A program made the translations under genes and the position numbers. Shown here piece after piece: positions 9,077 to 20,843 of a stretch of 64,000 nucleotides of DNA; the stretch's first letter is position 1; every line of letters begins with the position of its first letter. The notes beneath the pieces are model-generated. The model saw only the letters and a program-made list of their open reading frames with translations, was not told the origin of the DNA and made no database searches. The stretch is from an uncultured Bacilli bacterium. GTDB taxonomy: Bacteria > Bacillota_I > Bacilli_A > RF39 > UBA660. The stretch spans positions 752 to 64,751 of the forward strand of contig CAKPQS010000002.1 of NCBI GenBank assembly GCA_934179675.1, in the 5' to 3' direction.

Positions 9077-10081
9077 GTGAAAAGAATGAATAAGAATGTA
9101 AGAACATTAATATTAATTGGGGCTATATTAATAGGAATAGGAATAATATTTTGTATCAAAAATAAATTGATTGATAAAAATATAGAAATACGTGTTTTAA
9201 ATAATTCTACAACATATAAAAATAATAAAACAGTTGCTAATAAAGGTAAAAAAGGTAAAATAAATATCAAAATGAATGTTGATAAAGCAGGCTTTTATAG
9301 AATAGATTTTATCAATTTACAAGAAGGCTTTAATATATATTCAGATAGTGAATATAATAATAAAATTTCATCAATTTATAAAATATATAATGATTCTATA
9401 AGAGATGAATTTTCTGTTTATTATAAAAATGATGGAGATAAATATAATTGCGATATTAAAATAGAAGTTAAATATTCTGAAAATGTTGAAACTATGACTA
9501 ATTTAGCACATACAAAAGAATATATTTGGAGTGACGAATATAGACCTTATATAGAAAGTATTACATTTGAAAAAAATAATGATTTTATATGTGAAGATTT
9601 ATGTTTTGATATATCAAATAAAATAGGTAAAGTATATGCAAAATTAATAAAAAAAGAAAATAATTATGATTTAAAAATAATATCTGATACAGAAATATAT
9701 TTACCAATTGATTCATCTTATTTATTCAGTGATTTTACAAATTTAAAAAATATTGAATTTTCTAATATAAACACTAATTATCTTGAAAATGTAAGTTATA
9801 TGTTTGCACAAGATCCTAAACTTGAAAAATTAGATTTATCCATTTTTAATACATTAAAAATAAAAAATATGGATTATATGTTTATGAATTCATCAATGCT
9901 AAAAGAAATAGATTTAAGTACCTTTACATTTGATGATAAAACTACAGATAATTTATTTATGAATATTAAAGAAGATTCAATAATATATGTAAAATCATCA
10001 GTTGAACAAGCTTGGATATTTGGACCAAATAATACAAATAGGCCTCAAAGTTGGAAAGCTAGAAATGTTTTAATTAAGTAG
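9077..10081 (+). CDS. Membrane-anchored DUF285-repeat surface protein, a paralog of the 2800-3924 protein.
   Basis: N-terminal TM/signal anchor (LILIGAILIGIGIIFCI). Shares the central motif EYRPYIESITF / CFDISNKIGKVYAKL with YRPYIRTINF / CWDIS..KVYGYL of the first copy. C-terminal repeats: SNINTNYLENVSYMF...LDLSIFNTLKIKNMDYMF...IDLSTF. Confidence 0.7.
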   Translation: MKRMNKNVRTLILIGAILIGIGIIFCIKNKLIDKNIEIRVLNNSTTYKNNKTVANKGKKGKINIKMNVDKAGFYRIDFINLQEGFNIYSDSEYNNKISSIYKIYNDSIRDEFSVYYKNDGDKYNCDIKIEVKYSENVETMTNLAHTKEYIWSDEYRPYIESITFEKNNDFICEDLCFDISNKIGKVYAKLIKKENNYDLKIISDTEIYLPIDSSYLFSDFTNLKNIEFSNINTNYLENVSYMFAQDPKLEKLDLSIFNTLKIKNMDYMFMNSSMLKEIDLSTFTFDDKTTDNLFMNIKEDSIIYVKSSVEQAWIFGPNNTNRPQSWKARNVLIK

Positions 10082-10088
10082 GTGGAAT

Positions 10089-11729
10089 ATGAGAAAAAGA
10101 AAATTAAGAGTTGGCAGAATTATATTAGCGCTATTAGTATTTTTGTTATTAGCGTTCGCCATTGCATTTACAGCTAAATATATTGTAAAAAAATTTAAAA
10201 ATAATTTTTTAAATACTAAAGAGGGATATGTAGCAAGTATAAATACAACTATTAAATTATATGATAATGAATTTAATGAAAAAGAAGAAATAACAAGAGG
10301 TGAAAAAATTAGTTATCAAGATGAATTAATAAATGAAAAATATTATAAATTAGTAGATAAAGATCTATATATTTTAAATGATAATATTACTAATAATTAT
10401 GAAAATGTTGTTTTAGAACAAAAAAAATATGTAAGAACACCAGTAACAATATATAAAGAAGAAAATTCTAGTAAAATAGAAAGCTATGCACCAAAAGGAT
10501 CAAAATTAGAAATTATAGGTTTTGATAAATTAGAAAATGGTAAAGTAAATAAATATAAAATAAAATATAACAATATAGAAGGTTATGTTTATGAAAAATA
10601 TTTAGTCGATGATGAACAAACAGCACTTATCAATTATGATAATGGTAGTTATGAAAAACATAACCAAAGGACAAATTATTATGATAAAACAGAAAGTGCT
10701 AGTATGCTCGACTATTATCCAAGAGAAAAAGGCAATTTTAAAGACAATATAATGCCAGAAGTAGTAAATGCATTCTATTTATCAATGGGTGATCTAGGAA
10801 GCGTAGACTCATTTATAAATGTTGCTAAAAATACAGGTATAAATGCTTTTGTTGTAGATATAAAAGATGGACAATTAGCTTATGTATCTGATGTTGCCAA
10901 AATATATTCACCTAAAGATATAGGATATTATAGTGTTGAAGACTATAAAAAAGCAATTCAAAAAATTAAAGACAATGGTTTTTATGTAATAGGAAGAATA
11001 TGTGCTTTTAAAGATGGTGCCTTTGCACTAGCTAATCAAGATGATGCTTTGAGTAGAAAAGGGAAAATATATTATTACGGCGGAGAATATTGGCCAAGTG
11101 TATTTTCAAGAAAAGTATGGGAATATAAAGTAGAATTAGCAAAAGAAGCAGTAACATTATTTGGTTTCAATGAAATACAATACGATTATGTAAGATTTCC
11201 AGAAACAGCACCATGGCTTACAAATGAAGAATTAAAAAATAAATATAATGAAACAAAATCACAAGGAATTCAAAATTTCTTAATATATGCTGTTGATCAA
11301 TTACATGAACTAGGAGTATATGTATCAGCAGATGTATTTGGTGAATCATCATCATCATACATTCCTGGATATGGTCAATACTGGGCATCAATAAGTAATG
11401 TTGTTGATGCTATAAGCTCAATGCCATATACAGACCATTTTGGAAGTGAATATGACACATGGACTAATCCATATAATGTAATGTATAATTGGGCAACAAC
11501 AGCAGCGGCACGACAAAAAGAAACAACAAGTCCAGCAATCGTAAGAACATGGGTAACAGCATATAATGTTCCATATTGGAATCCAACAGTTAACTGTGAT
11601 ATTAATTATATTAAATTACAAATGAAAGCTCTAACTGATAATAATTTAAAAGGAGGAGTAATGACATGGAATGCTTGGGGTGCAGCAAGTAAACTAGCAA
11701 AATATAAAGAAATAGTAGGAGCATTTTAA
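10089..11729 (+). CDS. Membrane-anchored putative polysaccharide hydrolase: N-terminal TM, two SH3b-like domains and a TIM-barrel GH-like (DUF4015-type) domain.
   Basis: TM LALLVFLLLAFAIAF. SH3b-like segments (...GYVYEKYL). C-terminal NAFVVDIKD...YDYVRFPE resembles glycoside-hydrolase-like TIM-barrel families. Assignment is from motif memory only. Confidence 0.4.
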   Translation: MRKRKLRVGRIILALLVFLLLAFAIAFTAKYIVKKFKNNFLNTKEGYVASINTTIKLYDNEFNEKEEITRGEKISYQDELINEKYYKLVDKDLYILNDNITNNYENVVLEQKKYVRTPVTIYKEENSSKIESYAPKGSKLEIIGFDKLENGKVNKYKIKYNNIEGYVYEKYLVDDEQTALINYDNGSYEKHNQRTNYYDKTESASMLDYYPREKGNFKDNIMPEVVNAFYLSMGDLGSVDSFINVAKNTGINAFVVDIKDGQLAYVSDVAKIYSPKDIGYYSVEDYKKAIQKIKDNGFYVIGRICAFKDGAFALANQDDALSRKGKIYYYGGEYWPSVFSRKVWEYKVELAKEAVTLFGFNEIQYDYVRFPETAPWLTNEELKNKYNETKSQGIQNFLIYAVDQLHELGVYVSADVFGESSSSYIPGYGQYWASISNVVDAISSMPYTDHFGSEYDTWTNPYNVMYNWATTAAARQKETTSPAIVRTWVTAYNVPYWNPTVNCDINYIKLQMKALTDNNLKGGVMTWNAWGAASKLAKYKEIVGAF

Positions 11730-12007
11730 TGAAAAAATATAAATTTAATGAAATAGAATATGAATTAATAGAAGAATATAAAGATGGTTTTGATTTAGAA
11801 GAAGCCGAAAAAAAAATAACAGATTATTTTATTCCTTATGATTATATAGTTGGTGATTGGTCTTATGGAAAATTAAGATTAAAAGGATTTTGTAATAAGG
11901 AAAATGAAATATTTAAAAATATAAATGATGTTGATAATTTAAAAAAATATCTTCAAGAAAATTGTTCTTTTAATTGCAAATATTTTGTATTAAAAAGACT
12001 AGATTAG
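11729..12007 (+). CDS. yutD: YutD-family protein (DUF1027).
   Basis: YDYIVGDWSYGKLRLKGF...CSFNCKYFVLKR matches B. subtilis YutD (DYIVGDWGYGQLRLKGF...CNFGCPYFVLKR). Confidence 0.75.
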   Translation: MKKYKFNEIEYELIEEYKDGFDLEEAEKKITDYFIPYDYIVGDWSYGKLRLKGFCNKENEIFKNINDVDNLKKYLQENCSFNCKYFVLKRLD

Positions 12008-12017
12008 AAGGTGAAAA

Positions 12018-12419
12018 ATGAATAAAGGATATACTTTAGTAGAATTACTTGCTGTAATAACTATACTAGCAATACTTGCAGGTGTGGGAATCGTTAGTGT
12101 CAATAACTCTATAAAAGCATCTAGAGATAAATCATTAGAACTTCAATATGAAACTATAGAAGAAACAGCAGAATCATTTTGTCAAAAACACTTATTAGAT
12201 GAAATAACACCTAGTTCTACATGTGCATTAAAAAGCGAAAATTGTTGTACAAAAGTTCCATCAGAAGGAGAAATATGTTATATTGTTCTAGAAGATTTAA
12301 TAACAGAAGGTTTGACAGAAGAATTAAAAGATCCTAAAAATGGTGGCTATATAGATAATCAAACATTAATTGAAATAACTTATCGTAATAACCAATTTAT
12401 AACTAGAGCAATACATTAA
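12018..12419 (+). CDS. Prepilin-type N-terminal methylation-domain protein (ComGC-like pseudopilin), encoded alone.
   Basis: MNKG|YTLVELLAVITILAILAGV has a class III signal with Glu at +5. Four Cys in the C-terminal region. Confidence 0.65.
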   Translation: MNKGYTLVELLAVITILAILAGVGIVSVNNSIKASRDKSLELQYETIEETAESFCQKHLLDEITPSSTCALKSENCCTKVPSEGEICYIVLEDLITEGLTEELKDPKNGGYIDNQTLIEITYRNNQFITRAIH

Positions 12420-12432
12420 CAAATATAAAAAA

Positions 12433-12465
12433 GCCTCATATAATGATATGAGGTGATTTTTATTT
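12433..12465 (+). terminator. Rho-independent terminator after the pseudopilin gene (CCTCATAT-aatg-ATATGAGG followed by a T-run).
   Basis: 8-bp perfect stem followed by TGATTTTTATTT. Confidence 0.7.
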
Positions 12466-12896
12466 ATAGAATTTATACAGTTGGAATAAATGATACTTTA
12501 GATTCAATCGCACAAAGTTTAGGAATAAAATCAGATGATTTAAGAAAAATAAATGGTTTTTCAGATATTCATACAATAAAATATGGTGATCAAATTATAA
12601 TTCCAACAAATGATGGTAATTTTAAAAATTATACAATTTTAAAAGGTGATAATTTGTATGAAATTGCTAAAAAACATAATACAACAGTAGAACAATTAAA
12701 ACTATTAAATGGTTTTGATGATGATTATTTATATCCAGGTGAAATAATAGTTGTACCAAATGATAATGTTAAATTTTATATCACATCTGAAGGCGAAAAT
12801 TTAAATAAAATTTTAAATATTCTTGGTGTAGTAAATCCACTTGAAAATCAAAATATATATTTATTACCAAACCAATTAATCGTCTATAAAAATTAA
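12453..12896 (+). CDS. Protein with three LysM domains (peptidoglycan-binding). The 5' end is uncertain.
   Basis: Three repeats of the YxVxxGDTLxxIA...LxxLN type. The ORF-track start is a GTG inside the upstream terminator, so the true start is probably further downstream. Confidence 0.6.
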   Translation: MIFIYRIYTVGINDTLDSIAQSLGIKSDDLRKINGFSDIHTIKYGDQIIIPTNDGNFKNYTILKGDNLYEIAKKHNTTVEQLKLLNGFDDDYLYPGEIIVVPNDNVKFYITSEGENLNKILNILGVVNPLENQNIYLLPNQLIVYKN

Positions 12897-12952
12897 AAAA
12901 AGGACTTCCTTTTTTTTTGTTAATATTATATAATTGATATGAGGTAAATAAA

Positions 12953-13318
12953 ATGAAAAAAGTATTATTATTAATTCTTATATTATTATTATGTGGATGT
13001 CAAAAAAAATATATTACTTATGATGAATTTTATAAAAAAATAAATAGTTATGATAGTTATTCATTAGTATTATGTAGCAAAGAATGTGAAGAAATTGAAA
13101 AAAATATCCAAGAGAATAATATTTACTATATGAATACAAATAAATTAACAGAAAAACAAGAATTAATAATAGAAGGACTATTATTTAATGGTGGAACAAT
13201 AACTTCACCATCTATAATAATAGTTGAAAAAGGAATTGTAAAAGCAAAATTAACAAGTAATTTAACAACAAAAAATATAAATGAATTTTTTAAAAATAAT
13301 AGAATAGAGGGAAAATAA
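12953..13318 (+). CDS. Small lipoprotein of unknown function.
   Basis: Signal peptide with lipobox LLLCGC|Q. Confidence 0.55.
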   Translation: MKKVLLLILILLLCGCQKKYITYDEFYKKINSYDSYSLVLCSKECEEIEKNIQENNIYYMNTNKLTEKQELIIEGLLFNGGTITSPSIIIVEKGIVKAKLTSNLTTKNINEFFKNNRIEGK

Positions 13319-13319
13319 A

Positions 13320-14309
13320 ATGGATGATATAGAATTAATTGAAGTAAATGAAGAAAATGAAGGCTTTAGTGTTTTAAAAACGTATGGTGAAGATTTAACA
13401 GCTAAAAAATATATTACTAATCCTGCAATTGCTCGTGATGATGAAATAAGAAAATTAATTCTTATATTACTAACACCAGATAAATCAGGATTATTAATAG
13501 GTAAAGCAGGTATAGGTAAAACAGCTATTGTTGAAGGATTAGCATATTTAATTCAACAAAATAAAGTACCAGATGCTCTAAAAGGTTATCGTGTTGTTAA
13601 AATAAATTCAACATCATTAGTAGGAAAAATTATTATTGATAACAAAGAAGAAATGGCAATCAGTTTATTAATGCGAGAATTAAAAAATGTTAAAAAAACA
13701 ATTCTTTTTATTGATGAAGTTCATACTTTAATAGGTGGTAAAACCGATGGGCCAATGGATTTAGCAAATATTTTAAAACCAGCTTTAGATAGAGGAGATA
13801 TTAAAGCAATTGGTGCAACAACAACAATTGAATATGAAACATATATTGTAAGAGATAGAGCTTTCTTAAGAAGATTTGAAAGAATCGATGTTCCTGAACC
13901 AGATGAAAAAACAACAGTTGAAATATTATTTAAATCACTTCCAAGAATTGAATATAAAACAGGTGCCAAATTTAAATATAATGATTATGTTGTTAAAAAA
14001 TTATTAACAGCAATAGTATCAGCAACAACAGAACATAAAAGAGTATATGGTCTAGCAGCAATGTATCCCGATGTAGCATTTTCAGTTTTATCGGCAGCTT
14101 TTTCTAATGCTGTATTTGAAAATAGAAAAGAAGTTAATGTATTAGATGTTTATAATGCAATAAAAAATAGTAAACGTATTTATCCAGCAACAATAATAAA
14201 AGAACTAGATTTGTTCAGAAACAATTTTAAATCAATAGCGATAGAAGAAGGCATAAATTTGCCATTAGTATTAATAGAAGATTTAGATAAAGAGGAGACG
14301 ATAATGTGA
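13320..14309 (+). CDS. Standalone AAA+ ATPase equivalent to the D1 module of ClpB/ClpC. It lacks the N-domain, M-domain and D2.
   Basis: Collinear with Clp D1: YGEDLT...ARDDEIRKLILIL...LIGKAGIGKTAIVEGLA (Walker A), ILFIDEVH (Walker B), ILKPAL, AIGATTTIEYETYIVRDRAFLRRFERIDVPEPD (sensor/arginine). Total length only 329 aa. Confidence 0.6.
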   Translation: MDDIELIEVNEENEGFSVLKTYGEDLTAKKYITNPAIARDDEIRKLILILLTPDKSGLLIGKAGIGKTAIVEGLAYLIQQNKVPDALKGYRVVKINSTSLVGKIIIDNKEEMAISLLMRELKNVKKTILFIDEVHTLIGGKTDGPMDLANILKPALDRGDIKAIGATTTIEYETYIVRDRAFLRRFERIDVPEPDEKTTVEILFKSLPRIEYKTGAKFKYNDYVVKKLLTAIVSATTEHKRVYGLAAMYPDVAFSVLSAAFSNAVFENRKEVNVLDVYNAIKNSKRIYPATIIKELDLFRNNFKSIAIEEGINLPLVLIEDLDKEETIM

Positions 14310-14809
14310 TAAATGTAGTATTGTTTGAACCCGAAATACCCCAAAATACTGGCAATATAATGAGAACATGTGTTGCAACAAATACTCATTTACATTTAAT
14401 AAAACCATTAGGTTTTTATATGGATGAAGCTCATTTAAAAAGAAGTGGTGTTAATTATGTAAATGAATGTAAATATACAATATATGAAAATTTTGATGAC
14501 TTTTTAAGTAAAAATTCGGGTGAAATGTATTTCTTTACTAGATATGGGAAAAAGCCTCATTCTGATTTTGATTATAAAAATGATAAAAATATTTATTTGA
14601 TATTCGGTAAAGAAAGTACAGGTATTCCTAAAGAAATATTAAAAAAGCATTTAGATAAATGTATAAGAATTCCCTCAACTGATGGTGTAAGGGCTTTAAA
14701 TTTGTCTAATTGTGTAGCTATAGGAATATATGAAGTAATGCGTCAAAAAAATTATCAAGGATTATTAAAAACAGAACCATTTAAAGGAGAAAATTATTTA
14801 GAAGAATAA
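14306..14809 (+). CDS. trmL: SpoU/TrmH-family tRNA (cytidine/uridine-2'-O)-methyltransferase TrmL.
   Basis: FEPEIPQNTGNIMRTC...LHLIKPLGF...LKRSGVNY motifs, ~160 aa. Confidence 0.75.
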   Translation: MINVVLFEPEIPQNTGNIMRTCVATNTHLHLIKPLGFYMDEAHLKRSGVNYVNECKYTIYENFDDFLSKNSGEMYFFTRYGKKPHSDFDYKNDKNIYLIFGKESTGIPKEILKKHLDKCIRIPSTDGVRALNLSNCVAIGIYEVMRQKNYQGLLKTEPFKGENYLEE

Positions 14810-14888
14810 AATTAATATCAATTTAATAAAATTTATTGAATATATTTTAAATTTGTGGTATTCTAGAAATATAAGATAGGAGGATATA

Positions 14889-15368
14889 ATGGAAAAGATT
14901 TTAGAATTTGTTTCAAATAATTATATATGGTTTATAGTGGTTGGTGGAATATTACTTATAATTGCACTTATATTACTATTTGTAAAAAAAGATCCTGTTA
15001 AAGTAGAAAAAACAGAATCTGTTAAACCAAAAGAAAATATAGATGACATTCAAATTGAAGAAGAAGTAAAAATTGATGAAGAACCATCTACAATCGAAGA
15101 AGTAACAATACCTACTGAAACAAAAGTAGAAATGCCAAACAATGTGGACCCTCAATTTTCAGTTGAAACAGTTATGGATGCCCCAATTAAAAATGATACA
15201 CAAGATGTAACTGAAACATTGGATATAATTGATGATTCAGAAACAAATAGTTTTCCAAATCCTGAAGTACAAACAGAAAACAATGTTGGAGAAGTAAATA
15301 TTCCAAGTGAAGTTGTTAATACTGATAATGCCAATAGTACATCAGATGATGATATATGGAAATTTTAA
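14889..15368 (+). CDS. Bitopic membrane protein with an acidic extracellular tail, function unknown.
   Basis: One TM segment (IWFIVVGGILLIIALILLFV) followed by an E/D/T/V-rich low-complexity region. Plausible upstream promoter (TTGAAT...TATTCT). Confidence 0.4.
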   Translation: MEKILEFVSNNYIWFIVVGGILLIIALILLFVKKDPVKVEKTESVKPKENIDDIQIEEEVKIDEEPSTIEEVTIPTETKVEMPNNVDPQFSVETVMDAPIKNDTQDVTETLDIIDDSETNSFPNPEVQTENNVGEVNIPSEVVNTDNANSTSDDDIWKF

Positions 15369-15437
15369 AATAAAGTAAGTGAGGATTAAAAATCCTTTTT
15401 ATTTTGCAAAAAATTATCATATTTTATCACTTAAGTA

Positions 15438-15465
15438 TTGACAGTGCTAATAAAAGTGATATAAT
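15438..15465 (+). promoter_or_regulatory. Sigma-A promoter of the hrcA operon (TTGACA-16-TATAAT).
   Basis: Consensus hexamers at 15438-15443 and 15460-15465. Confidence 0.75.
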
Positions 15466-15469
15466 TATA

Positions 15470-15496
15470 TTAGCACAAAAGGAAAAGGAGTGCTAA
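15470..15496 (+). promoter_or_regulatory. CIRCE operator (HrcA binding site), TTAGCACAA-N9-GAGTGCTAA.
   Basis: One mismatch to the CIRCE consensus TTAGCACTC-N9-GAGTGCTAA. Located between the promoter and hrcA. Confidence 0.9.
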
Positions 15497-15539
15497 AAAA
15501 GTTGTATACTATGTAGATAACTGAATATAATAACTAGAG

Positions 15540-16538
15540 GTGATAAATTTGATAACCGAAAGACAAATCAGTTTACTTAAAATAATTGTTGAAGAATATA
15601 TAAAAACTGCACGACCTGTAGGTTCTAAAGCAATATGTGCAAAATTAAAATGTTCTAGTGCAACAGTAAGAAATGAAATGAGTAATTTAGAAGAATTAGG
15701 TTACCTTGAAAAAACACACACATCATCTGGTAGAGTACCAAGTGATAATGGATACAGATATTATGTTGATCATATTATGGTACCTAAAGAATTAAATGGC
15801 GATGAAATGCTAAAACTACAAACAATATTTAAAAATAATAGTTTGATGTTAAATGATGTTGTTTTGAGAAGTATGGAAATAATTTCTGAATTAACAAATT
15901 ATACAGCGATTGTTTTAGGAAGTTCATCAAAAGAAAACTTACTTAGCAGAATGGAAGTAGTACCACTTGCTAATAATAAATTTTTAGCAATCGTAATTAC
16001 AGATAAAGGTCATGTAGAACATAGAAATATGGAATTAAATGAAAATATAAGTTTAGATGAAATAAAAAAAACAGTTGAATTAATTAATAGATTAATTGTT
16101 GGAACCCCTATAGATGAAATATGTACTAAACTAGAATTTGAAATTAAACCAATAATTGGAACATATATTAAACAACATGATGCTATATATAATGCATTTT
16201 ATAATGCTTTAAATGATTTTAAAGAAGAAGCAAGTGTTAAAGTATCAGGTGCAAGTAATATTCTTATGCAACCAGAATTTAGTAATGCTGATAAAATAAG
16301 AGAAATAGTTAGCAAATTTGAAGACAAAAGCATTGTAAGCAGTATTAAAGAAGAAGAAAGTGGTATTAATATTTATATTGGAAGTGAAAATACATTAGAT
16401 GATGATGTAGCTATAATTAAAACCAAATATTCTGTCAATGGTGAAGAAGGAACAATTGCCTTAATAGGACCTAAAAGAATGGAATATAGTCGAGCAACAG
16501 CACTTCTAAATTATATAAAGAAAAACATAGAGAGGTAA
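15540..16538 (+). CDS. hrcA: Heat-inducible transcription repressor HrcA. The true start is probably TTG at 15549.
   Basis: N-terminal winged helix LTERQISLLKIIVEEYIKTARPVGSKAI, full length ~330 aa. RBS AGGTGA is 6 nt before TTG 15549. Confidence 0.85.
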   Translation: MINLITERQISLLKIIVEEYIKTARPVGSKAICAKLKCSSATVRNEMSNLEELGYLEKTHTSSGRVPSDNGYRYYVDHIMVPKELNGDEMLKLQTIFKNNSLMLNDVVLRSMEIISELTNYTAIVLGSSSKENLLSRMEVVPLANNKFLAIVITDKGHVEHRNMELNENISLDEIKKTVELINRLIVGTPIDEICTKLEFEIKPIIGTYIKQHDAIYNAFYNALNDFKEEASVKVSGASNILMQPEFSNADKIREIVSKFEDKSIVSSIKEEESGINIYIGSENTLDDDVAIIKTKYSVNGEEGTIALIGPKRMEYSRATALLNYIKKNIER

Positions 16539-16540
16539 AT

Positions 16541-18998
<2,458 letters not shown>

Positions 18999-19000
18999 AA

Positions 19001-19033
19001 GAAGTTCTGGTATAAACCAGAACTTACTTTTTG
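19001..19033 (+). terminator. Rho-independent terminator after dnaK (AGTTCTGGT-ataa-ACCAGAACT followed by a T-run).
   Basis: 9-bp stem followed by TACTTTTTG. Confidence 0.75.
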
Positions 19034-19043
19034 AAAGGAAAAT

Positions 19044-20843
19044 ATGATTGAATCAAGAGAAAAAATAGATAAAAAATATAAGTGGAATTTAGAAAAAATA
19101 TATAAAACAAATGAAGATTTTATAGAAGAATTAGAGTATATTACTAAAAAACAAGAATATATTGCAAAATATAAAGGAATAATTTTAAAATCAAGTGAAA
19201 ACCTTTATAATTTATTAAAAGATATGAATGATTATGATATGATTTTATCAAAATTATATGTATATGCTAAAATGCGTTTAGATGAAGATTCAAACAAAAA
19301 TATATATAAAGACTATGTTGGAAGAATTGAAAATACATTAACACGTTTTAGTACTCTTACATCTTTCATTCAACCAGAATTATTAAACTCTGATTATGAA
19401 TTAGTACTAAAATATATTTTAGAAAATGATAAATTAGAAACATATAAAAAACTATTACAAGATATTTATAGATATAAAAGTCATACATTAACAAATAAAG
19501 AAGAACATATACTTGCATCATTATCAAAAGTATTAAATTTAAGTGAACAAACAGCTTATTATTTAAGAAATGCGGATATGAAATTTGGCAAAATAATAGA
19601 TGAAAATGGGAAAAAACAAGAATTAACAGATTCTAATTATTCAATCTATATAAAATCTAAAAATCGTAAGGTAAGAAGAAGTGCTTTTAAAGAAATGTTT
19701 AAAACATATAAATCACTTGTAAATACTTATGCAAGTTTACTAGGAGGAACAGTTGAATTAAATAATGAAACAGCTAAATTAAGAAAATATAATTCCTCTT
19801 TAGAAATGTCACTTTATAATGATGATATAGATGTTGAATTATATGATAAATTAATTAAAGATGTTCATAAAGGATTACCATTTTTATTTAAATATTATAA
19901 ACTAAAAAAACAAGTATTAAATGTTAATGAATTACATATATATGATGTATATGCTGAATTATCGGAAAAATCAGATAAAAAATATGAATATGAAGAAGCA
20001 AAAAAAATAATAAAAAAGGCATTAAGTGTATTTGGTGATGAATATATAAGTATCATAGATAAAGCCTTTTCTGAAAATTGGATTGACGTATTTGAAAACA
20101 AAGGGAAAAAATCAGGAGCATATTCATGGGGAGCATACACAACAGATCCATATATATTAACAAATTATAATTATGACTATAACAGTGTTTCTACACTTGC
20201 TCATGAATTAGGTCATTCAGTTCATTCTTATCTATCAAACCATAATAATACATACCATGAATCAGGTTATCCAATATTTTTAGCAGAAATAGCGTCCACA
20301 GTAAATGAACTATTACTTGCATATTATATATTAGATAATACAGATGATATTAATGAAAAAAAATACATAATTAGTAATATGCTTGAACTTTATAGAGCCA
20401 CTATATATCGTCAAACAATGTTTGCTGAATTTGAAAAAGAAATTCATGAAAAAAATATGCAAGGATTAGTTTTAACAAGTGAAACATTATCAGATATTTA
20501 CTATGATAAAATAAAAACTTACTTTGCTAAAAACATCAAAATTGATGAAGAAATTAAATATGAATGGGCAAGAATTCCACATTTCTATGATTCATTTTAT
20601 GTATATAAATATGCAACAGGATTATCAATTGCAAGTTATATAGTAAAAAGAATAAGATCTAATGATACAGAATTTAAAAACAAGTATATTAACCTTTTAA
20701 AAAGTGGTGGAAAAGATTATCCACTAGAATTATTAAAAAAATGTGATATAGATGTCTTAAATGATAATATAGTATATGAAGCTTTAGAATCATTTAATGA
20801 ATTAATTGATAAGGAGTATGTTTATGAAAAAAGATTATTATGA
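19044..20843 (+). CDS. pepF: Oligoendopeptidase F (M3 family).
   Basis: HELGHSVHSY Zn motif, ~600 aa, M3B architecture. Confidence 0.8.
   Translation: MIESREKIDKKYKWNLEKIYKTNEDFIEELEYITKKQEYIAKYKGIILKSSENLYNLLKDMNDYDMILSKLYVYAKMRLDEDSNKNIYKDYVGRIENTLTRFSTLTSFIQPELLNSDYELVLKYILENDKLETYKKLLQDIYRYKSHTLTNKEEHILASLSKVLNLSEQTAYYLRNADMKFGKIIDENGKKQELTDSNYSIYIKSKNRKVRRSAFKEMFKTYKSLVNTYASLLGGTVELNNETAKLRKYNSSLEMSLYNDDIDVELYDKLIKDVHKGLPFLFKYYKLKKQVLNVNELHIYDVYAELSEKSDKKYEYEEAKKIIKKALSVFGDEYISIIDKAFSENWIDVFENKGKKSGAYSWGAYTTDPYILTNYNYDYNSVSTLAHELGHSVHSYLSNHNNTYHESGYPIFLAEIASTVNELLLAYYILDNTDDINEKKYIISNMLELYRATIYRQTMFAEFEKEIHEKNMQGLVLTSETLSDIYYDKIKTYFAKNIKIDEEIKYEWARIPHFYDSFYVYKYATGLSIASYIVKRIRSNDTEFKNKYINLLKSGGKDYPLELLKKCDIDVLNDNIVYEALESFNELIDKEYVYEKRLL

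Noticed and set aside
12453-12470. GTG start of the LysM protein as given by the ORF track.
   Set aside because: It lies inside the stem of the upstream terminator hairpin. The real start is probably a downstream non-ATG codon, and the protein may lack the first few listed residues.
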